This document shows, in pieces, positions 47,319-59,120 of a stretch of 64,000 bases of DNA (positions are counted from its first letter, which is position 1; every line of letters starts with the position of its first letter). The translations under genes were made by a program, and so were the position numbers. The DNA comes from Alkalispirochaeta sp. (GTDB lineage Bacteria > Spirochaetota > Spirochaetia > DSM-27196 > Alkalispirochaetaceae), in contig OZ271854.1 of NCBI GenBank assembly GCA_965601925.1, positions 3,456,001 to 3,520,000 on the forward strand, given 5' to 3'. The notes below the pieces were generated by a model. It saw nothing but the letters and a program-made list of their open reading frames with translations, was not told where the DNA came from and did no database searches.

Positions 47319-47466
47319 TTGCGAACGCTCCGGCCACGCACTGAACTCCGCGGTGTCGACAGCCGGATTGGAGACGAGTTCCCCGTCGGATACCCTCGTC
47401 CACGCTGCGCCGCAATGCTTGCGATACCTCGGTCGGTCGAGCATGTACACAAACTCTCCGCCTCCC

Positions 47467-48462
47467 TCACCGTACCTCGTCGACGGCGCGATACCCGTGC
47501 CGGTAGCGTCGACGGTACGCCGTCGGTGTAAGGGACGTGAAGGTCTTGAACTGCTTGCGAAGCGAGCCGAGATCGTCGTAACCCAAGCGGCCGGCGATCT
47601 CCTCAAACGTCAGATCCGAGGTCTCGAGCATGCGCTTGACACGTTCGACCGAGACGCGGCGAATGAACCATGACGGTGTCTGCCCCGTCGCACGCTTGAA
47701 ACGTCGTGTCAGCGTCTTTGTCGTCATATTCGCGCCCTCGGCGAGGCGGTGCACCGTCTCATAGCCGCTCTTACTCTCCAGTACGTGCTTCTGAATCGCG
47801 GCGACCTCCGTATCTCCGTGGTTCAAAAAAGGATTGAATATGGCGTACAGCGACTGGGCCGGTTTGGCGTAGTCGATAAGGAGCATTTGGGACGCGGCGA
47901 TCGCGGTGTCTTTACCACAATACTTCTCCACCAAATAGACTATGAGGTTCATGAAGGACGTGGCACCGCCGGCACAATAGAGGGTACCGTTGTCGATGAT
48001 GATTCGCTCGTCCTCGAGACGTACGTTCGGATACATCGCGCGGAAGGTGTCCGCCATCGCCCAATGGGTCGTCGCTCGTTTCCCGTCGAGAAGCCCGGTG
48101 GCCGCAAAAAGAAACGATCCGGTGCACATGCTACCTACCTCGGCTCCGCCGTTGTGAAGGCGCACGATGTGTGGAATACAACTCGCGTTCGCCGCCAGTT
48201 TCTCCTCGATATCGAAGTCGATAGCCGGAATCAGAAGGAGATCGGTCGCCGCGACATCCTCGATAGTTCTGTCGCACCGGAGCGCGTATCCATCCTCGAA
48301 TTGCAGCGAACCCGGCCGCGCCGAAACGAGCGCAACGTCGAAAAAGGGTTTCTCGGTTCCCGTTCGTTGGGCGTGAATGACGCCGGACTTTCTCAAAAGC
48401 TCCATGGCACCCACCGGAGCGATGGGAGTGCAGTGCTCCAAAGCGAGGACTGTGACGTTCAT
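47467..48462 (-). CDS. GlxA family regulator (DJ-1/PfpI + AraC)
   Basis: SMCTGSF, GLLDGKRATTHW, TLTRRFKRATG. Confidence 0.9.
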   Translation of the reverse strand: MNVTVLALEHCTPIAPVGAMELLRKSGVIHAQRTGTEKPFFDVALVSARPGSLQFEDGYALRCDRTIEDVAATDLLLIPAIDFDIEEKLAANASCIPHIVRLHNGGAEVGSMCTGSFLFAATGLLDGKRATTHWAMADTFRAMYPNVRLEDERIIIDNGTLYCAGGATSFMNLIVYLVEKYCGKDTAIAASQMLLIDYAKPAQSLYAIFNPFLNHGDTEVAAIQKHVLESKSGYETVHRLAEGANMTTKTLTRRFKRATGQTPSWFIRRVSVERVKRMLETSDLTFEEIAGRLGYDDLGSLRKQFKTFTSLTPTAYRRRYRHGYRAVDEVR

Positions 48463-48568
48463 TTCCGATTCTCCTCCACCTATTGTCCTTTTTGCCCCTT
48501 AAAGGGGCGTAGGGGCGAGTGTCAGTATATACCGCAGATCGTAGGAATCAACGATAGGAGGAGAAACG

Positions 48569-48883
48569 ATGAGCAGTTTTGTCGTGATGACGAGAACTTT
48601 TTACGAACCGCACGTTCGAGAGCGCGTCGTGGCGGCAGCCGACGGAGCCTTTCCGATCTTCAAGAAGCAGCCCGGATTGATCTCCATACGGATGCACGAG
48701 GACCACGAGCGCACCCATACCATGACGGTCATGGAGTGGGACAGAAAGGAGAGCCATGAAGCGTGCCTGCAGAGTCCCGACTTCGGTAGCTGGAACGACG
48801 AATGGAACTCGATACTGTCTACCGGCGCCGCACGGTGGGAGCTCTTTACCTACGAAGTATTGCACGACCACCGTCGCGTGTAG
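48569..48883 (+). CDS. Antibiotic biosynthesis monooxygenase (ABM) family protein
   Basis: KQPGLIS, MEWDRKESHEA, YEV; RBS AGGAG; divergent from the GlxA regulator. Confidence 0.7.
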   Translation: MSSFVVMTRTFYEPHVRERVVAAADGAFPIFKKQPGLISIRMHEDHERTHTMTVMEWDRKESHEACLQSPDFGSWNDEWNSILSTGAARWELFTYEVLHDHRRV

Positions 48884-48943
48884 TCCCTCGCCGCGGGGCC
48901 GCCGCTCCGGACGAGGAGGGCGGCTCCGCCTCGCGGCGAGGGG

Positions 48944-49450
48944 TCACAGCACGGTCTTGAGCGAGGCCACCCACGCCTCGATGCGTCCGTCGGTTTTGTC
49001 ACTCTGATTATCCTCATCAACGGCGAGGCCGACGAGCTTGCCGTTCCGTGCGGCCCGCGATTCGTCGAACGTATAGTCGGCGATATCGGTATAGCCGACG
49101 ATCGTCGCTCCCGCCTGCTCCGCCGTCTCGGCGAGGATACCTAATGCGTCCGCAAACGAGTCGGGGTAGCTCTCTTGATCTCCCGTTCCGAATACGCCGA
49201 CTTTGAGACCGCCCAGATCGGCGCCGGCAAGTATGTCCAGTTTTGCATACCAATCGTCCTGAAGATCGCCGATACCCCAGGTCGAGCTACCCAGTAACAC
49301 CAGATCGTACGCGTTCAAAGAGGAAAGGGTGTCGCCGCCCAGGCTCGTAACGTTTCGTGATGTCGCACCGTCAAAGGCCTGCGTAATTCTTTCGGCTATA
49401 TCCTCGGTGGCGCCGGTACTGGAACCGTATATGATGAGTACCTTGCTCAT
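48944..49450 (-). CDS. fldA: Long-chain flavodoxin
   Basis: YGSSTGAT, STWGIGDLQDDW, FGTGDQESYPDSF, GLAVDEDNQ. Confidence 0.92.
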   Translation of the reverse strand: MSKVLIIYGSSTGATEDIAERITQAFDGATSRNVTSLGGDTLSSLNAYDLVLLGSSTWGIGDLQDDWYAKLDILAGADLGGLKVGVFGTGDQESYPDSFADALGILAETAEQAGATIVGYTDIADYTFDESRAARNGKLVGLAVDEDNQSDKTDGRIEAWVASLKTVL

Positions 49451-49485
49451 ACCGTATGACTCCTTATCCAAAGTGGAATAACACG

Positions 49486-49503
49486 AGTTAATCATGACTA
49501 ACT
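49486..49503. promoter_or_regulatory. Palindromic operator upstream of flavodoxin
   Basis: AGTTAATCATGACTAACT, 16/18 self-complementary. Confidence 0.5.
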
Positions 49504-49554
49504 TATTTTTTCAAGTAAAACTCGAAACCGTCTCGTCATAAGCGAAGCGGCACG

Positions 49555-50496
49555 CTATCCATCGCCCGCACGGATGTAGATATCCTCGGCGCATACGCCG
49601 TAACTCTCGTCACGCTCGTCATTTCCCGATGGTTCCAGATGGACGACGACGTCGTAGACCGCGTCAAGGCGATCTTTGATAGCCGCCTCCGTCGCCTGCG
49701 CGATTCGGTGCGCCGCCACCACGGTCAGATCGTGTGCGACTTCTATATCCAGGATGATCGCATACAGATTACCGAGCTTTCGGACGCGGACGCGGTGGGG
49801 ATTGCGCGCCGCCGGTACGCGCTCCACCGCTTCGAATACTTTGCGGTATACCTCGGGGTTGTCGACACCGTCCATGAGCTCGGTGGTCGAGAGAAAATAG
49901 ATCTGCAGAGCCGTCTTGATAATCCACACACTCACAGCCAACGCGGTAAGCGTATCGATGAGAGGCATTTCCAGCACCTGCGTCGCCGTTACACCGATGA
50001 TCACGGCAGCGGAGATGATGATATCGTTTTGCATGTTCCGTGCGTCGGCGAGGAGGAGTTCGCTGTCGAGACGACGGCCCAATCTGCGCTTGTAGACGGT
50101 AAGGAGCATCTTCACCACGATGGATACCGACGATATTACGAGCGCCGGTATACCGGGAATCGTACCGCTGCTTCCGGCGACGAGGTTCCGGACTGCCGCG
50201 ACGACCAGTTGGAAGCCGGAGAAGAAGATGAAAAAAGCCAGCAGCTTCGTAGCCACCGTTTCGGCGCGTCCGTATCCGAAGGGGAAGCGGCGATCGGGGG
50301 GACGTAGAGAGACGTAGGCGGCTATCAACGCGACGGTCGAGGTCACGATATCGGTGCCGGAGTCAATTCCGTCGCTTATGACGGCAAAGCTTGAATCGAG
50401 CACGCCGACGACGATTTTTGCGACCGCAAGAGCGGCGTTGACGACGATCCCGATCCACGATGCGCGTATTATCTGCCGTGCGCGCTCTCTATTCAT
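49555..50496 (-). CDS. Cation diffusion facilitator (FieF-like)
   Basis: ISDGIDSGTD, FPFGYGRAE, ADARNMQND, C-terminal dimerisation domain VVVHLEP. Confidence 0.9.
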   Translation of the reverse strand: MNRERARQIIRASWIGIVVNAALAVAKIVVGVLDSSFAVISDGIDSGTDIVTSTVALIAAYVSLRPPDRRFPFGYGRAETVATKLLAFFIFFSGFQLVVAAVRNLVAGSSGTIPGIPALVISSVSIVVKMLLTVYKRRLGRRLDSELLLADARNMQNDIIISAAVIIGVTATQVLEMPLIDTLTALAVSVWIIKTALQIYFLSTTELMDGVDNPEVYRKVFEAVERVPAARNPHRVRVRKLGNLYAIILDIEVAHDLTVVAAHRIAQATEAAIKDRLDAVYDVVVHLEPSGNDERDESYGVCAEDIYIRAGDG

Positions 50497-50654
50497 GGGA
50501 CGTAAGAGTATAGTGCGCGGCATGCGGGATTGAAAGGGGCGCCGCCCGGGAGACGGATTCCACCTTTGCATACATCTACGCGTGGGCCACTGTTCAAACG
50601 GAAGCAAACATGTGCACCATTCTTCTAAGACGGTACACGTAAGGGGGAATAGCC

Positions 50655-52676
50655 ATGAAGAGATTAAGGGTGTTTTTCGTTGTCGCCGCGACGGCGGTAT
50701 TGGCCGCCTGCGCGACGGACGGAGGAGTGACCCCGACGCATGAAGCGGGGCCGGTCGTGTTTACGCTGCAACTCCTCCACTTTGCCGACATAGACGGCAA
50801 TGAGGAGACGGCGCTCGACTCGGTGGACGAGTTCTCGGCGCTGGTTCGCGCCTTTCGAGCCGACGCGAGCTACGGCGAGGCGACCCTATTGGTGAGTTCG
50901 GGAGACAATATCATTCCCGGACCGCGCTTCTACGCTGCGGAACAGCGTGCGGTGCGATCGGTAACGGGAAGCAACGAGCCGGGCCACGCCGATATCGCCT
51001 TCATGAATTATCTCGGCGTCGCCGCCTCGGCGGTTGGTAATCATGAGCTGGACGCGGGACCCGGAGAACTCGCCGACGCGCTTCAGATCGAGTCGAGCGG
51101 GGGGGTAGAGTTTCCCGGTGCGCTCTTCCCGCACCTTTCGGCCAACCTCGATTTCTCGAGTGATTCCGATTTTGCCGAGTTGATCGGTACCGACGGCGAC
51201 GACGTGGAAAACCTTGCCGGCGGCGTCGCGGCGTCGGCGATAGCCGAGGTCGGCGGCCGACGAATCGGTTTGGTCGGGGCCTCTACGCCGACTCTGCCCA
51301 CAATCACCTCCACCGGCGGCATCTCCGTTCGCCCGGATGCCGCGGGTTGGACCGTAGAGGCGCTGGCGGCGGAGATTCAAACGGCAGTCGATGCGTTGAC
51401 CTCCCAAGGGGTCGACACGGTCGTGCTCCTCTCGCACATGCAGCAGATCGCGGTTGAGAAGGAGCTCGCAACCCTTCTCAGCGGTGTGGACATCATCGTC
51501 GCCGGCGGGTCCAATACGCGAATGGGGGACGATACCGACGCGCTCTTCGACGGCGACGACGAGTTTGCAGAGACGTATCCCTTTGTCACCGCGGCCGTCG
51601 ATGGAGCTCCCACTCTCGTGGTGAACGTCGACGGTGACTACAAGTACCTCGGGCGTCTCGTCGTGGGATTCGACGCCGACGGTGTCCTCGTACTCGACAG
51701 CATCGACGAGGCGGTAAGCGGTGCGTGGGCCAGTACGAGTGCGAACGTCGCCGCGCTCGGCGCCGACCCGATTCCGGAGGTCGTCGCTCTGCGTGACGCC
51801 GTGCGAGGCGTTATCACGGCGCAGTACGGAAACGTCTTGGGATACACCGCCGTGTACCTCGACGGACGCAGGAGTCAGGTGCGTACGCAGGAGACCAATC
51901 TCGGCAATCTCACCGCCGACGCCAACCTCTGGTACGCGAATCTCCTTTCGGACGTTCGCGTAGACGTCTCCATAAAAAACGGGGGAGGAATCAGAACCGA
52001 GATCGGCTCTGCGGTGGTGCCGCCCGGTACGGTGGACTACTCCCAAGCCGTGCTCTCGCCGCCGCGCGCTAACGCCGAGGCGGGCGCCGACGAAGGGGCG
52101 GTAACCGAAGGCCACCTGCGCGCGACCCTACGATTCGACAACGGGTTGGTGACGATGAACGCCACGGCGGAAGAGCTCGTTGCGCTCCTGGAACACGGGG
52201 TATCGCAGACGGCTCCCGGAGCTACACCGGGTCGATTCCCACAGATTGCCGGGATGCGATTCAGCTTTGACGCCGATGCACCGGCGGGAAGCCGCATTCG
52301 CTCCCTGGAGATTCTCAACGACGACGGCTCGGTTCGCGATACCGTCGTGGCCGGCGGCGCCCTACAGGGCCCGGGGACGCGCGTCTTCCGTCTCGTTACG
52401 CTCAACTTTCTCGCCAACGGCGGCGACGGGTATCTTTTCCCCGAGCTTTCCGACCCGGTACGGCGAAATCTCTATGAGGGCACCGGATTCGGCGAGGAGA
52501 TCGATTATCCCGACGAGAATCTCCGTGCGGATCCAGGCGCCAACTCGGCGTTCAGCTATACCGGGGGCGAGCAGGACGCCCTGGCGGAGTACCTCGCCGC
52601 GTTTCATGCGTCGCCCGGAAGCGCCTTTGCGGTGGGTGAGACGGACCGCCCGGAAGACGGCCGCATCTCCTACTAA
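50655..52676 (+). CDS. 5'-nucleotidase/metallophosphoesterase lipoprotein
   Basis: Lipobox LAAC, LLHFAD, SSGDN, GNHELD, LLSH, ETNLGNLTADA, NGGGIR, GRFPQIAG. Confidence 0.88.
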   Translation: MKRLRVFFVVAATAVLAACATDGGVTPTHEAGPVVFTLQLLHFADIDGNEETALDSVDEFSALVRAFRADASYGEATLLVSSGDNIIPGPRFYAAEQRAVRSVTGSNEPGHADIAFMNYLGVAASAVGNHELDAGPGELADALQIESSGGVEFPGALFPHLSANLDFSSDSDFAELIGTDGDDVENLAGGVAASAIAEVGGRRIGLVGASTPTLPTITSTGGISVRPDAAGWTVEALAAEIQTAVDALTSQGVDTVVLLSHMQQIAVEKELATLLSGVDIIVAGGSNTRMGDDTDALFDGDDEFAETYPFVTAAVDGAPTLVVNVDGDYKYLGRLVVGFDADGVLVLDSIDEAVSGAWASTSANVAALGADPIPEVVALRDAVRGVITAQYGNVLGYTAVYLDGRRSQVRTQETNLGNLTADANLWYANLLSDVRVDVSIKNGGGIRTEIGSAVVPPGTVDYSQAVLSPPRANAEAGADEGAVTEGHLRATLRFDNGLVTMNATAEELVALLEHGVSQTAPGATPGRFPQIAGMRFSFDADAPAGSRIRSLEILNDDGSVRDTVVAGGALQGPGTRVFRLVTLNFLANGGDGYLFPELSDPVRRNLYEGTGFGEEIDYPDENLRADPGANSAFSYTGGEQDALAEYLAAFHASPGSAFAVGETDRPEDGRISY

Positions 52677-53013
52677 CGTCGTAGTACACCCGGTCCGGTC
52701 CGGTCGTTTTGATCGGACCGGCTATCTCAGGAGGGTGTCGCACGAGCGATGGGGGCCTTGCGCCGTACCGAGCGCGATGGAGTGCGGTCGTCGTTGCACC
52801 GGGCGTCGCACGCATCCCGACCGATACATCTTCTTTCTTTATTTATTATGATATAAGCATTATTGCCGAGAATTTGTTCTGAAAAACGTAAGCGAAAGAC
52901 GATATTTTGCGCTTGCACGAAATAACGGCTCGCTTTACAATCATGGAAAGAACGTACCACTTACACACCTTGTGTGTGATACAGTGGGCTATTCTTCTTT
53001 CGAGAGGTGGCAT

Positions 53014-54129
53014 ATGGCATCGGCATTTAGTCTCGCGATTTACCCCACCGTGTGTATCGCGCAATACGGCGACGACGGACGGTGGGAACTGCACGTTTCC
53101 GAAAAACCCCATAAGACTCCCGCCGAAGAGGCGGCGCTTCCGGCGGGGGAGCGCGAGGCGCTTCTTGCGGCTCGCAACTCGTTTCCCGAGCTTCCGTTGG
53201 TCAACTATACCTCCCAGTACGGCCTGGGGTGTTTTGAAGGCGCCAAGGCGTACCCACAGCCGGACGGCACGCTCAAGATTTTTCGTCCCGACGAGAATGC
53301 AAAGCGTATGCGTCGCTCTATGGATGGTCTCGGTATGCCGGGACTCCCCGAGGAACTGTTCCTCGAGGCGCTGGATCGATTTGTCGGACGCAACATCGCC
53401 CTCGGTTTCACCGAGTCGTACGACAAGGAGTGGGAGACCGACGGCTTCATGCGGGCACGATCGGTCTATCTTCGACCGTTCAGCTGGGCCGAGGGCGGTA
53501 TCGGCGTTAACTTGAGCGAGCGGCCGTCGGTCGTGTTCGTAGCGACTCCCGTCGGCTCCTACTTCGATCCCGACGCGTCAACGGCGGCCGCTACGACGCG
53601 GCGCGTTCGTGCCAACCCCGGCGGTATCGGGTGGATTAAGTGTGACGCCAACTACGTGATATCGGCGCTGGCCAAGAAAGAGGTTCAGGCCGCGGGCTTT
53701 ATGGAGGCGATTTTTCTGGACGCCAAGGAACATCGCTATCTCGAAGAGGGCTCGTCCTGCAACATCTTTGTGCTGCTCAAAAACGGCACCTTGGTTACCC
53801 CGGACCTGCGGGACACGGTCCTTCCTGGTATCAACCGCGCGAGCGTCATCACGCTGGCTCGGGAGCGGGGCATCACCGTTGAAGAGCGCATGATCTCTAT
53901 CGAGGAGGCGCTCGGCGACGGAGCGGAGTGCTTCGTCACCGGCACGGCGGCCGGTGTGACGCCGGTAGAGTCGATCACCCACGAGGGCACCACCACCGCC
54001 TTCACCCAGGGTGTCGGCGAACTGACGCGAGATCTTCGCGACACGCTGAAGGGTATCCAGTATGGAGCGGTAGAGGACCACCACGGCTGGATGCACACGG
54101 TACCGGTTCCGGCGGCGCAGCCCGCCTAG
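53014..54129 (+). CDS. ilvE: Branched-chain amino acid aminotransferase (class IV)
   Basis: QYGLGCFEGAKAY, FRPDENAKR, YLRPF, KCDANY (PLP Lys), EEGSSCN, LPGINR, GTAAGVTP. Confidence 0.9.
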   Translation: MASAFSLAIYPTVCIAQYGDDGRWELHVSEKPHKTPAEEAALPAGEREALLAARNSFPELPLVNYTSQYGLGCFEGAKAYPQPDGTLKIFRPDENAKRMRRSMDGLGMPGLPEELFLEALDRFVGRNIALGFTESYDKEWETDGFMRARSVYLRPFSWAEGGIGVNLSERPSVVFVATPVGSYFDPDASTAAATTRRVRANPGGIGWIKCDANYVISALAKKEVQAAGFMEAIFLDAKEHRYLEEGSSCNIFVLLKNGTLVTPDLRDTVLPGINRASVITLARERGITVEERMISIEEALGDGAECFVTGTAAGVTPVESITHEGTTTAFTQGVGELTRDLRDTLKGIQYGAVEDHHGWMHTVPVPAAQPA

Positions 54130-57089
54130 CGCGATAGGATCACCCCGCGGGCACACCGCCCGTCTACTTTGGCAACCAACGAAGAGGCGGTACGTACGTG
54201 ACGTATGTACCGCCCCTCGTGTATTACCTCCTGTGAGTCCAACCAGTCCCAGCGGATATACTCCTCGGCGTGCGGCGAACGGATGTGAAAGTATCCGAGC
54301 TTGAGGGATATCACATTGTGAAAAAAGTGACTTCCCTGCGACGGATCGACGCGAAAGTCGCCGAGATCGGACTCTACGATTACCAAAGCGTTCGATATTT
54401 GGGACCAGTCGACCGGTATTCCGAGCCAGCGGTCCGCGGTGCCCCAGCGGCCGAACCCGATGAGGATGTAACGGCGATCTTCATCCTTGAGCGTCGCGTT
54501 GACCTCTCCGATCTCCTGCGCTATCCGTTCGGTCGCCGCGACGTCAAAGCGCTCCGGATCGACGTACACAACGTCATACATGTCTTGAAAGAGCCCGTTC
54601 CCCATGGCGTGGTTGGAGGCGCACACTGCGGCGTCCAAGTCGTCGCCCTCGTGGGCGACCTCGACCGTCTCGCGACCGACCACAAGAGGCCGGATCTGCA
54701 AGAAATGGAACTCCGCCGTGTCCGTCGTCGAGCCGTCTCCATCCTCTTTGAGGTTGAGGGCGAACTCGATTTCCACCTCCGCCCCGAAACTCGATCTGCC
54801 CAACTCCAGAAGGTCGACGACGATCTCCGGTAACGGTACGGGACGGCCGGCGCGCAGTCCTGCAAAATCCACGACCCACGGTCCTGTGTCGGTTATGCCG
54901 CGTCGGATGCGTTCGTCCTGCGCGGAGTAACTCCCCGCCACATAAGCGAGCGTCCCGTCGTCCCGTGCCTGTTTGAGCCCCGGCCTCTTGAGACTGAACC
55001 GTTCGTCGCGTTCGACCGCCAGACGGGGTCGCGATAGGTCCAACGCGTAAAAGTGGTGTTGCGTCGTCCTCATGAGCTCCGCCGGAGAGGAATAGGGCGG
55101 ATTCTGACGCGGAAAGGGTGGACAAAAACGAAAGATGTTTTCGCCGTCGACGATGCTTTTGCCCAGGCCCAAGGCGACGCTCGCGATACCGTCCTCGGGG
55201 CGTATCGGCGAGGTTGGGTAGAAGTTGTGGGACTGGGCGACGCCTGAGACCGTGGGATAGAAGAGGTCGCCGTGGCGGCGACCGGCCACCTCCTGGATGA
55301 TAACGCCCATCTTCTCGTCTTCTAAGCGATAGTTCGTGTTGTGAATGTACTCCCGGGAAGCGCGATAGAAGACCGACGCGTATACGAGCTTCACGGCGTC
55401 GGCAAGCTGCGATAATCGGCCGTCCGGGTCGGGATCGTTGTTAGGGAGCATATAGGTCGCATACAGCCCGGCAAAAGGAAGGCTCTGAGAGTCCTCCAGC
55501 ACGCTGGAGGAGCGAACCGCCAAGGGCGTATGGATCTTCTCCACGACGCGCTCCAGTTGTGCGAGCGTCTCCTCTCCCAGGCGAGAGGCCAAAAACCGTT
55601 CGGCGATCGTCTCGTCCGCGGCGTGCTCCAAGTCGGTACGATGCAGTTCGTTCGTTTCGAGAAACTCCTCGTACACATCGGTGCAGACTACGAAAGTCGC
55701 CGGCACACCGATCCGCACGGTGGGGTATTTTTCTCTGAGAGACGGATCGCCCAGCAGTCCGTTGACGAAGGCGATTCCGCGCGCTTTGCCGCCCAACGAC
55801 CCGCCGCCGATGCGAATGAACGAGGCCGCTACATCGCCGGCGTAGGCGGCCAGTTCGGTGATTGACCCGGCACGATTTTTGTTGAGGAGCGCCCGTATTG
55901 CGTCGTGGAGGTGGCGACGGAGCCCCTCGATATCGGAGAAGTCCTCGACGCGGGTCGGGCGCAACTGCTCGGCTACGGCAAACTCCGTACGCGCCCTGAG
56001 CCACATGGAGATGTCGTTACGCGCGGCGTGGCGACGCAGGCTATCGGGAGGGCACGTCTGGAGGAGCTTTTCAAACTCTTGAATATTGCACGCTCGGTAT
56101 AGTTCTCGGCCGTCGGGATCGCGAAAGACGAAATCGCCGAATCCAAGGTCGGTCAGGAGAAACCGGCGCAGCTCGGTAAGTAGACCGGGGGAGCGCTTGT
56201 CGACGAAGGTGCACTCGACGCCGATCTCTTCACGCGCCTCGCCGCGTTCGGAGTGGAGTAGAATCGGGAGATCGAACAGCTTCTCGCGAAACGTCTCCGC
56301 AAGGAGTAGACCTGCGTTCTGATCGAGTTGGCCGTCTCTGGAAAATGCGACGTCGGATATGACGCCCAGTACGTTGCGCTTGTACTTATCGAATAGGCGC
56401 ACCGCCTCCTCATACGTCTCCGCAAGCAGCAACTTGGGCCGTGCCCGCATCCGGAGGAGGCGTTGATAGTCGTTTACGCTCTCCGATATCAGGCGTTGCG
56501 TCTGTGTCATTAACTCGGTATAGAGAGGCGGAAGAAACATGGAGTAGAACTTGGGGTTGTCCTCCACAACCAGAAGCGTCTGCACGCCCGAGGCGGTGTC
56601 GGCGTGCACGTTCCCGGCATCCTCCACGTATTTGATGATCGCCAAGAGTATCTTGCTGTCTCCGAGCCAGTAGAAGATGCGGTCGATGGACGCGGCGCGA
56701 CGAAACCGCGCCAACAGATCGGGGCTGAGCATCTCGACGGTCAGCAGTACGACCGGCTTGTCGGGGTGCAGCCGTTTCACATGGTTGCCGAAATCGACCG
56801 GGTCCATATCCGAGAGGCGCGCCATCGTGAGAACGAGGTCGAAGTTGCGACTCTCCAGCTCCGAGAGCGCCTCCTCGGCGGTGGAGACGCGGGTAATGCG
56901 CGGCACGAAGCGCAAGTTCAGGTCGATGTACTGACTGAGGATGAGTTCCGAGACGCCACGGTCCTCCTCCAGGACGAAGGCATCATACATCGTCGACACG
57001 AGGAGGATCTCGCGCACCCGAAACTGCATGAGGTTGTGAAAGCCGCCGAAGTTGTGACGATATGCGCGAGAAAGCACCGGGCTACTCAC
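54126..57089 (-). CDS. Receiver-like domains fused to a PEP/pyruvate-binding (PPDK_N) ATP-grasp domain
   Basis: REC-like ILLVS...DLVL and LLVVEDN...GVISD; GSLGGKARG, PLAVRSSSVLEDS, FAGLYAT, EIEFA, FLQIRP; no PEP-utilising C-terminal barrel; start approximate. Confidence 0.85.
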   Translation of the reverse strand: MSSPVLSRAYRHNFGGFHNLMQFRVREILLVSTMYDAFVLEEDRGVSELILSQYIDLNLRFVPRITRVSTAEEALSELESRNFDLVLTMARLSDMDPVDFGNHVKRLHPDKPVVLLTVEMLSPDLLARFRRAASIDRIFYWLGDSKILLAIIKYVEDAGNVHADTASGVQTLLVVEDNPKFYSMFLPPLYTELMTQTQRLISESVNDYQRLLRMRARPKLLLAETYEEAVRLFDKYKRNVLGVISDVAFSRDGQLDQNAGLLLAETFREKLFDLPILLHSERGEAREEIGVECTFVDKRSPGLLTELRRFLLTDLGFGDFVFRDPDGRELYRACNIQEFEKLLQTCPPDSLRRHAARNDISMWLRARTEFAVAEQLRPTRVEDFSDIEGLRRHLHDAIRALLNKNRAGSITELAAYAGDVAASFIRIGGGSLGGKARGIAFVNGLLGDPSLREKYPTVRIGVPATFVVCTDVYEEFLETNELHRTDLEHAADETIAERFLASRLGEETLAQLERVVEKIHTPLAVRSSSVLEDSQSLPFAGLYATYMLPNNDPDPDGRLSQLADAVKLVYASVFYRASREYIHNTNYRLEDEKMGVIIQEVAGRRHGDLFYPTVSGVAQSHNFYPTSPIRPEDGIASVALGLGKSIVDGENIFRFCPPFPRQNPPYSSPAELMRTTQHHFYALDLSRPRLAVERDERFSLKRPGLKQARDDGTLAYVAGSYSAQDERIRRGITDTGPWVVDFAGLRAGRPVPLPEIVVDLLELGRSSFGAEVEIEFALNLKEDGDGSTTDTAEFHFLQIRPLVVGRETVEVAHEGDDLDAAVCASNHAMGNGLFQDMYDVVYVDPERFDVAATERIAQEIGEVNATLKDEDRRYILIGFGRWGTADRWLGIPVDWSQISNALVIVESDLGDFRVDPSQGSHFFHNVISLKLGYFHIRSPHAEEYIRWDWLDSQEVIHEGRYIRHVRTASSLVAKVDGRCARGVILSR

Positions 57090-57237
57090 CGGGACAGTGT
57101 AGTATGAACGGCGGCGGACAACAACCGGCAATCCGTCGGGGCACGCTGCGGCGGGCGCCTGAAATGAGTATTATGGCAATTGAAAGGGAAAAAAATGCCG
57201 GATCGGTACGCCCTCCCTTTCGATACGGAGATGAATC

Positions 57238-57681
57238 ATGAAGTTCGACGAGACAAACCTGGCCATCATCAAACACCTCAAAGACGGAAGAAAGTCCTTC
57301 GCGACCATCGCCCAGGAGTTGAATGTGACCGAGAACACCGTGCGCTCCAGAGTAACGCGCATGATGGAGGAAGGGGTCTTGGAGATCGTGGGACTCGTCA
57401 ATCCGCAGCAGATTCCCGGCCACCGAAGCGTGATCATAGGCATCAAGTTATCGACTCCCAAGCTCTACACCAAAGGCCAGGAGTTTTGCTCCCTTAAGGG
57501 AGTCGTGAACGTCATGCTGGTTACCGGAAAGTACGATCTCATCGTGGAAGTACTGCTGAACGAGAACTTCGGACTCCTCGACTTCTACGAGGAGGAGTTC
57601 AGCAAGATTGACGGGATTCAGAATATGGAAACATTCGTCGTCGTCAAAAACTTTCATCATCGCGTGCCGTACGCATTGTAA
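57238..57681 (+). CDS. Lrp/AsnC family transcriptional regulator
   Basis: DGRKSFATIAQELNVTENTVRSRV HTH, VTGKYDLIV. Confidence 0.92.
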   Translation: MKFDETNLAIIKHLKDGRKSFATIAQELNVTENTVRSRVTRMMEEGVLEIVGLVNPQQIPGHRSVIIGIKLSTPKLYTKGQEFCSLKGVVNVMLVTGKYDLIVEVLLNENFGLLDFYEEEFSKIDGIQNMETFVVVKNFHHRVPYAL

Positions 57682-57767
57682 GCCTCAAAATTAAGAATAT
57701 GTTCAAAAAACAATTCTTTCATTGTGCTTTTGGGCAACGAGTGCTACCATTATTGCAAAATCCGTAA

Positions 57768-59120
<1,353 letters not shown>

